From positions 173,428-237,427 of the forward strand of contig JAHISJ010000023.1 of assembly GCA_018818205.1 (NCBI GenBank): a stretch of 64,000 bases of DNA, written 5' to 3'. The DNA is from Patescibacteria group bacterium (GTDB taxonomy: Bacteria; Patescibacteriota; JABMPQ01; JAHIRA01). Below are positions 59,898-64,000 of the stretch, in pieces (within the stretch, counting starts at the first letter, position 1; every line of letters begins with the position of its first letter). A program made the position numbers and the translations under genes. The notes below the pieces were generated by a model. The model saw nothing but the letters and a program-made list of their open reading frames with translations. It had not been told where the DNA came from and made no database searches.

Positions 59898-61070
59898 ATG
59901 CTAAAACTTTCAAAAAGAGTCACAACAATCAAGGAAAGTAAAACGCTTGCAATCAATACAAAAGCGAAGGGAATAGCAGCAACAGGAGAAAAAGTCTACA
60001 ATTTTGCTGTAGGCGAGCCTGACATAAATCCTCCAGCCATTCTCATAAAAGAAATTGAGAAAGCATTTAACAAAGGGTTTACTAAATACACCCCGCCTTC
60101 TGGTCTTCCTGAGGCTAAAGAAAAGATAGCAAAGCATCTTGGAACCCAAATGGCGTTTAGTTTTACTAAGGATAACATCGCATTATCTTGTGGAGGAAAG
60201 CATTCACTATACAATGTTTTCCAAGCAATTATCGGCACAAACGACGAAGTTATTATTCCAAGACCATACTGGGTGAGCTACCCAGAGCAAATTACCCTTT
60301 CTGGAGGAAAGCCTATCTTTGTAAATTCTACTAAAGACTTGCAGCTTGATGTTAAAGCTATAGCTAATAGCATTACTCGTAGAACCAAAGCAATTGTTCT
60401 TAATTCTCCAAACAACCCCACGGGGGTTGTTTTTAAAAAAGAAGTGCTCACTCAGCTTGCCAAACTTCTTGAAAAAAAAGATATCTTTATTATCTCCGAC
60501 GACGTATACCAAACGCTTGTTTATACAAAAAAACCATATCATATAGCGCACTACAGCAAGAACATTCGTGAAAAAACAATCATTGTTGACTCGTACTCAA
60601 AATCCCTTGCTATGACCGGACTGAGACTGGGCATTGTTGCCGCATCAAAAGAAATAGTAAGCGCAATAGACAAGCTCCAAGGACAAACGTGCGGCAATCC
60701 AACCAGCATTATTCAGATGGGTGTGGCAAATACGCTTGGCCGCGTAAAAACGTATCAAAAAGAATATTTAGCACTTTTTACTAAACGAAGAAAAATAGTG
60801 CTAGCCCTGCTTGAAAAAAACTCACTTATTTCATACCCAACACCAGATGGCGGATTTTACGTATTTATCAACATAAAAAAAATATCGAATGACTCATTTG
60901 ATTTTTGTGAAAAACTTCTAAAAAAACATCACGTCGCATTAGTCCCAGGAAAGGCATTTGGTCAAGAAGGATTTGTTCGTATCTCATTTGCAAGCAACGT
61001 CACAGATCTTAAAGAAGGAATAAAACGATTTAATACATTTTGTAAGGAAGAAAGCAAAATCATTTACTAA
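59898..61070 (+). CDS. Class I/II PLP aminotransferase (aspartate aminotransferase-like)
   Basis: GEPD, PYWVSY, NSPNNPTG, SDDVY, SKSLAMTGLRLG. Confidence 0.92.
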   Translation: MLKLSKRVTTIKESKTLAINTKAKGIAATGEKVYNFAVGEPDINPPAILIKEIEKAFNKGFTKYTPPSGLPEAKEKIAKHLGTQMAFSFTKDNIALSCGGKHSLYNVFQAIIGTNDEVIIPRPYWVSYPEQITLSGGKPIFVNSTKDLQLDVKAIANSITRRTKAIVLNSPNNPTGVVFKKEVLTQLAKLLEKKDIFIISDDVYQTLVYTKKPYHIAHYSKNIREKTIIVDSYSKSLAMTGLRLGIVAASKEIVSAIDKLQGQTCGNPTSIIQMGVANTLGRVKTYQKEYLALFTKRRKIVLALLEKNSLISYPTPDGGFYVFINIKKISNDSFDFCEKLLKKHHVALVPGKAFGQEGFVRISFASNVTDLKEGIKRFNTFCKEESKIIY

Positions 61071-61083
61071 TTCATAAAAACAC

Positions 61084-62595
61084 ATGCAACTTTTTAAAGA
61101 CATTGAAAAAAAATTATCTACCCACGAGCCATCATATTGGATGCCGGGTTCGTTTGATCTGAGGATTTGGAGTCAAAAGTATGTCATTCCAAATAGAGAT
61201 AACATTTCTGTATTTCACACAAAGGTCCGTTCACGCATGGCGGATAAAACAATAACTGACGTAAACGAACTCTCACCAAAAGAAAAAAAACGTGTTGAAA
61301 AAATTATTGAGCAAGCGTACAACAACATAAAAAAGCGAGAGATGCTTATTATTCAGCGCTCAATCGGAACCCACACGAAACAGGGGATAAAGTTTAGAAT
61401 ATACTTGCCAAAAGACTTTCCGCAACTTGGTTTTATGGCACACAGAAACTTCTTTGATTGTGCTTCAGACAAAGAGGTTGAGGTCACAACAATCAACATT
61501 CCCGATTTTCCAAAACAAATGGTGCTCGTTGATCCAAAAACTAATATTACTTTTGTGCTTGGCTCAGACTACTACGGCGAACTTAAAATGAGTCTACTGA
61601 GAATGGCAATGAACATTGCCAGAGAAAAGAATAACTCCCTCGGTCTTCATGCAGGAAGCAAAGTGTACTGGGTAAAAAACACGAAAAAAAAGATGATCAA
61701 AAGGGGAGTACTTATTTTTGGTCTCTCGGGAACGGGAAAAACGACCATTACTACCATAAATCACGGACTGAAGTATCCAGAGAGAATACGTATTCGCCAA
61801 GATGACATAAACATCATGGATAAAAAGACATTCTGTGCTGGAACCGAGAGAAACTTCTACATAAAAACTGACAACGTCTTAGAGCAAAGAAGCTTGCTTC
61901 CAGCTGCAACATCAAAAACAACTATTATTGAGAATGTTCCGGTAAAATACGGGGGTTATGCCTTTGATGATATAGAGTTTTGTCCCAATGGACGAGCAAT
62001 AGTGTCTAGATATGCAATTCCTCACACCGATGCAAAAGTTGACTTGGATAAAGTAGATATCATCTTCTTTAACACCAGAAGATTCGATATTCCGATTGTC
62101 GGAAGACTTATCTCACCTGAACAAGCTGCGACCTTCTTTATGCTTGGTGAGTCAACCCAAACATCAGCAGGGACAGAAGATAAAAGTCAAATAGGTAAGC
62201 CAATGCGAGTGGTTGGATTTGATCCGTTTATTATCAAGCCTCTTTACAAAAATGGACAACGGTTCTATGAGATCTTAAAAAAGAATCCTCATGTTAAAGT
62301 CTACGTAGTCAATACAGGAAAAGTTGGTGGAATAGACAAGGGAACCGATATCAAGCCTGACGATACCGCAAAATCAATCCTTGAAATTATCAGAGGTGGT
62401 GTTGAATGGAAATACGATCCAACAATTGGCTATGATATTCCTACAAAAATCCCAGGACTCGATCTTAAAAAGTTTGATCCGTATGAAAAGTACCCTAAAG
62501 ACGAATACAAAAAGATTATGAAAAACTTAAGAAAAGATCGCATGAAGTACATGGAGCAATTTCCTGAACTTACGTTTGTGAAGTTTACCAAATAG
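61084..62595 (+). CDS. pckA: Phosphoenolpyruvate carboxykinase (ATP)
   Basis: YYGELK, LHAGSK, FGLSGTGKTT, QDD, E.NFY.KT, NGR, NTG. Confidence 0.88.
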   Translation: MQLFKDIEKKLSTHEPSYWMPGSFDLRIWSQKYVIPNRDNISVFHTKVRSRMADKTITDVNELSPKEKKRVEKIIEQAYNNIKKREMLIIQRSIGTHTKQGIKFRIYLPKDFPQLGFMAHRNFFDCASDKEVEVTTINIPDFPKQMVLVDPKTNITFVLGSDYYGELKMSLLRMAMNIAREKNNSLGLHAGSKVYWVKNTKKKMIKRGVLIFGLSGTGKTTITTINHGLKYPERIRIRQDDINIMDKKTFCAGTERNFYIKTDNVLEQRSLLPAATSKTTIIENVPVKYGGYAFDDIEFCPNGRAIVSRYAIPHTDAKVDLDKVDIIFFNTRRFDIPIVGRLISPEQAATFFMLGESTQTSAGTEDKSQIGKPMRVVGFDPFIIKPLYKNGQRFYEILKKNPHVKVYVVNTGKVGGIDKGTDIKPDDTAKSILEIIRGGVEWKYDPTIGYDIPTKIPGLDLKKFDPYEKYPKDEYKKIMKNLRKDRMKYMEQFPELTFVKFTK

Positions 62596-62607
62596 TTGCG
62601 AGAAAAG

Positions 62608-62643
62608 AAAAGCCGTGTCATTTAGCTTGATACGGTTTTTTTT
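62608..62643 (+). terminator. Intrinsic terminator after pckA
   Basis: aaaagccgtgtca-tttagct-tgatacggtttttttt. Confidence 0.65.
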
Positions 62644-62689
62644 GTATAGCATTGTTTGTTACGTGTGAAAAATAAGATATACTACACTT

Positions 62690-63241
62690 ATGAAGAAAAG
62701 ACTTTTTATAGCTATATTCCCTCCAGAAAACGTTCTTAAAAAGATTCAATCTTTCCAAGAGGATATTCATTCTGAGAATGTCAAACTAACACAGAAACAG
62801 AATCTACATGCAACTCTGGCTTTTTTTGGAAGCGTGTCATCAAAGAAACAGCAAAGAATTGAAAATTGTATTAGTAGCTGTGCTCAGAAAATAAAAAAAC
62901 ACGTAGCTACTGTTTCACTTAACCCACTCTTCTTGCCCTCCAAAAAACACGCCACCGTCATAGCGTTGCCCATAAATAAAAATAATACACTTAGCAATAT
63001 ATACTCATGTATTACTAAAGGTCTAGGCAAAGAAGAAAAGAAAGAATTCCTTCCTCACGTGACTATTGGTCGGAGTAAAAAAATTATTACAAAAGAAGCT
63101 ATGCAAAGGATAAACAACGATCAAAAGGAAACGACTATTACTTTTGCAGTTGAAAAAATTGTTCTTGTAGAAAGTCAGTTGCAAAAAGAGGGGAGTCAGT
63201 ATACCATACTTAGAAAGTGGAAATTACATGAGAAAAGTTGA
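62690..63241 (+). CDS. thpR: RNA 2',3'-cyclic phosphodiesterase (2H family)
   Basis: RLFIAI, HATL and PHVTIGR 2H motifs, S.L...G..Y. Confidence 0.9.
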   Translation: MKKRLFIAIFPPENVLKKIQSFQEDIHSENVKLTQKQNLHATLAFFGSVSSKKQQRIENCISSCAQKIKKHVATVSLNPLFLPSKKHATVIALPINKNNTLSNIYSCITKGLGKEEKKEFLPHVTIGRSKKIITKEAMQRINNDQKETTITFAVEKIVLVESQLQKEGSQYTILRKWKLHEKS

Positions 63242-64000
63242 TATTTTAGGAGTCAGCGTTAACACTGTTTCAAAGAAGAAAGCTCTAGAAAAATTTAAGA
63301 GTTTTCTTTCTAATGAACAAAAAAATTATATTGTCACTCCTAACCCAGAGATAGTACTCAAAGCGCAGAAAAATTTTTCTTTCAAAGAAGTGCTCAATAA
63401 ATCGTCGCTTGCTATCCCTGATGGTACTGGTCTCAAATGGGCAGCATCATTTCTTGCAGACACTTACCCTAAAAGAAATAGAAAATACCTGAATATACTA
63501 TTTGTTTTCCTTGACTGGGTTCTCTCAGCTTTTAGGTTTGTGCTCTCAAAAAAATACAGGAATCGTGTGATAAAAGAACGCGTCACTGGTGCAGATATGT
63601 TTTGGGATAGTGTGAAAATTTGTGAACAAAAAAAGTGTTCATTATATCTACTTGGAGCACGAGATGGAATCGCACAAAAGGTTGCCAAAAAAATTAAGAA
63701 AAAATACCCGAATTTTAGAATTGCCGGAACATACAGTGGATCACCTCACCATTCTTCTGATGAAAAAATGAGATATCTAATAAACGACTCAAAGGCTGAT
63801 GTATTACTTGTTGCCTATGGTGCACCGCTCCAAGAGTTTTGGATACAGAGAAATGTAGAGCATTTGCATACAATAAAATGTGCTATGGCAGTTGGTGGCA
63901 CATTTGATTTCATTGCTGGTAAAACCACTCGTGCTCCAAAAAAATATCAACAAAGAAATATCGAGTGGCTCTGGCGACTTAGAAATGAACCACAAAGAGC
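63228..64000 (+). CDS. WecB/TagA/CpsF glycosyltransferase, runs off the window end
   Basis: Manual translation from ATG 63228: MRKVDILGV...IVTPNPE...IPDGTG...ERVTGAD...VAYGAPLQE.WI...VGGTFDFIAG...RAP...EWLWRL..EP. Confidence 0.9.
   Translation, partial: MRKVDILGVSVNTVSKKKALEKFKSFLSNEQKNYIVTPNPEIVLKAQKNFSFKEVLNKSSLAIPDGTGLKWAASFLADTYPKRNRKYLNILFVFLDWVLSAFRFVLSKKYRNRVIKERVTGADMFWDSVKICEQKKCSLYLLGARDGIAQKVAKKIKKKYPNFRIAGTYSGSPHHSSDEKMRYLINDSKADVLLVAYGAPLQEFWIQRNVEHLHTIKCAMAVGGTFDFIAGKTTRAPKKYQQRNIEWLWRLRNEPQR

Overview
Low-GC bacterial chromosomal window with no rRNA, CRISPR array, integrase or transposase. Gene content (membrane-anchored Clp ATPase, DGR-target-like proteins, mostly SD-less A-rich leaders) suggests a Patescibacteria/CPR-like organism; this is inference. 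It holds housekeeping genes (pyrF fragment, dcd, frameshifted prfB, ftsEX, glnA, proB, proC-proA fusion, ahcY, fmt, def, priA, pckA, thpR, TagA/WecB-type GT fragment), tRNA-Gln(CUG) and tRNA-Ser(CGA), and an anSME-arylsulfatase-GAP cluster. The top candidate for a new system is a defence island directly after tRNA-Ser. There, a type I restriction-modification operon (hsdM-hsdS-hsdR) has a two-gene CBASS-like cassette (a CdnE-type cyclic-dinucleotide synthase plus a small 3-TM protein I cannot assign to a named Cap effector) nested between hsdM and hsdS, and is followed by an orphan PD-(D/E)xK protein. Other notable signals: a ProC-ProA fusion whose linker is encoded by GTAG-type REP palindromes, two probable remote DGR target genes with A-depleted 3' ends, a tandem ~109-nt structured repeat with compensatory changes in the tRNA-Ser leader, and a prfB frameshift site lacking the internal Shine-Dalgarno. 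All family assignments come from motif recognition by eye, not database searches.
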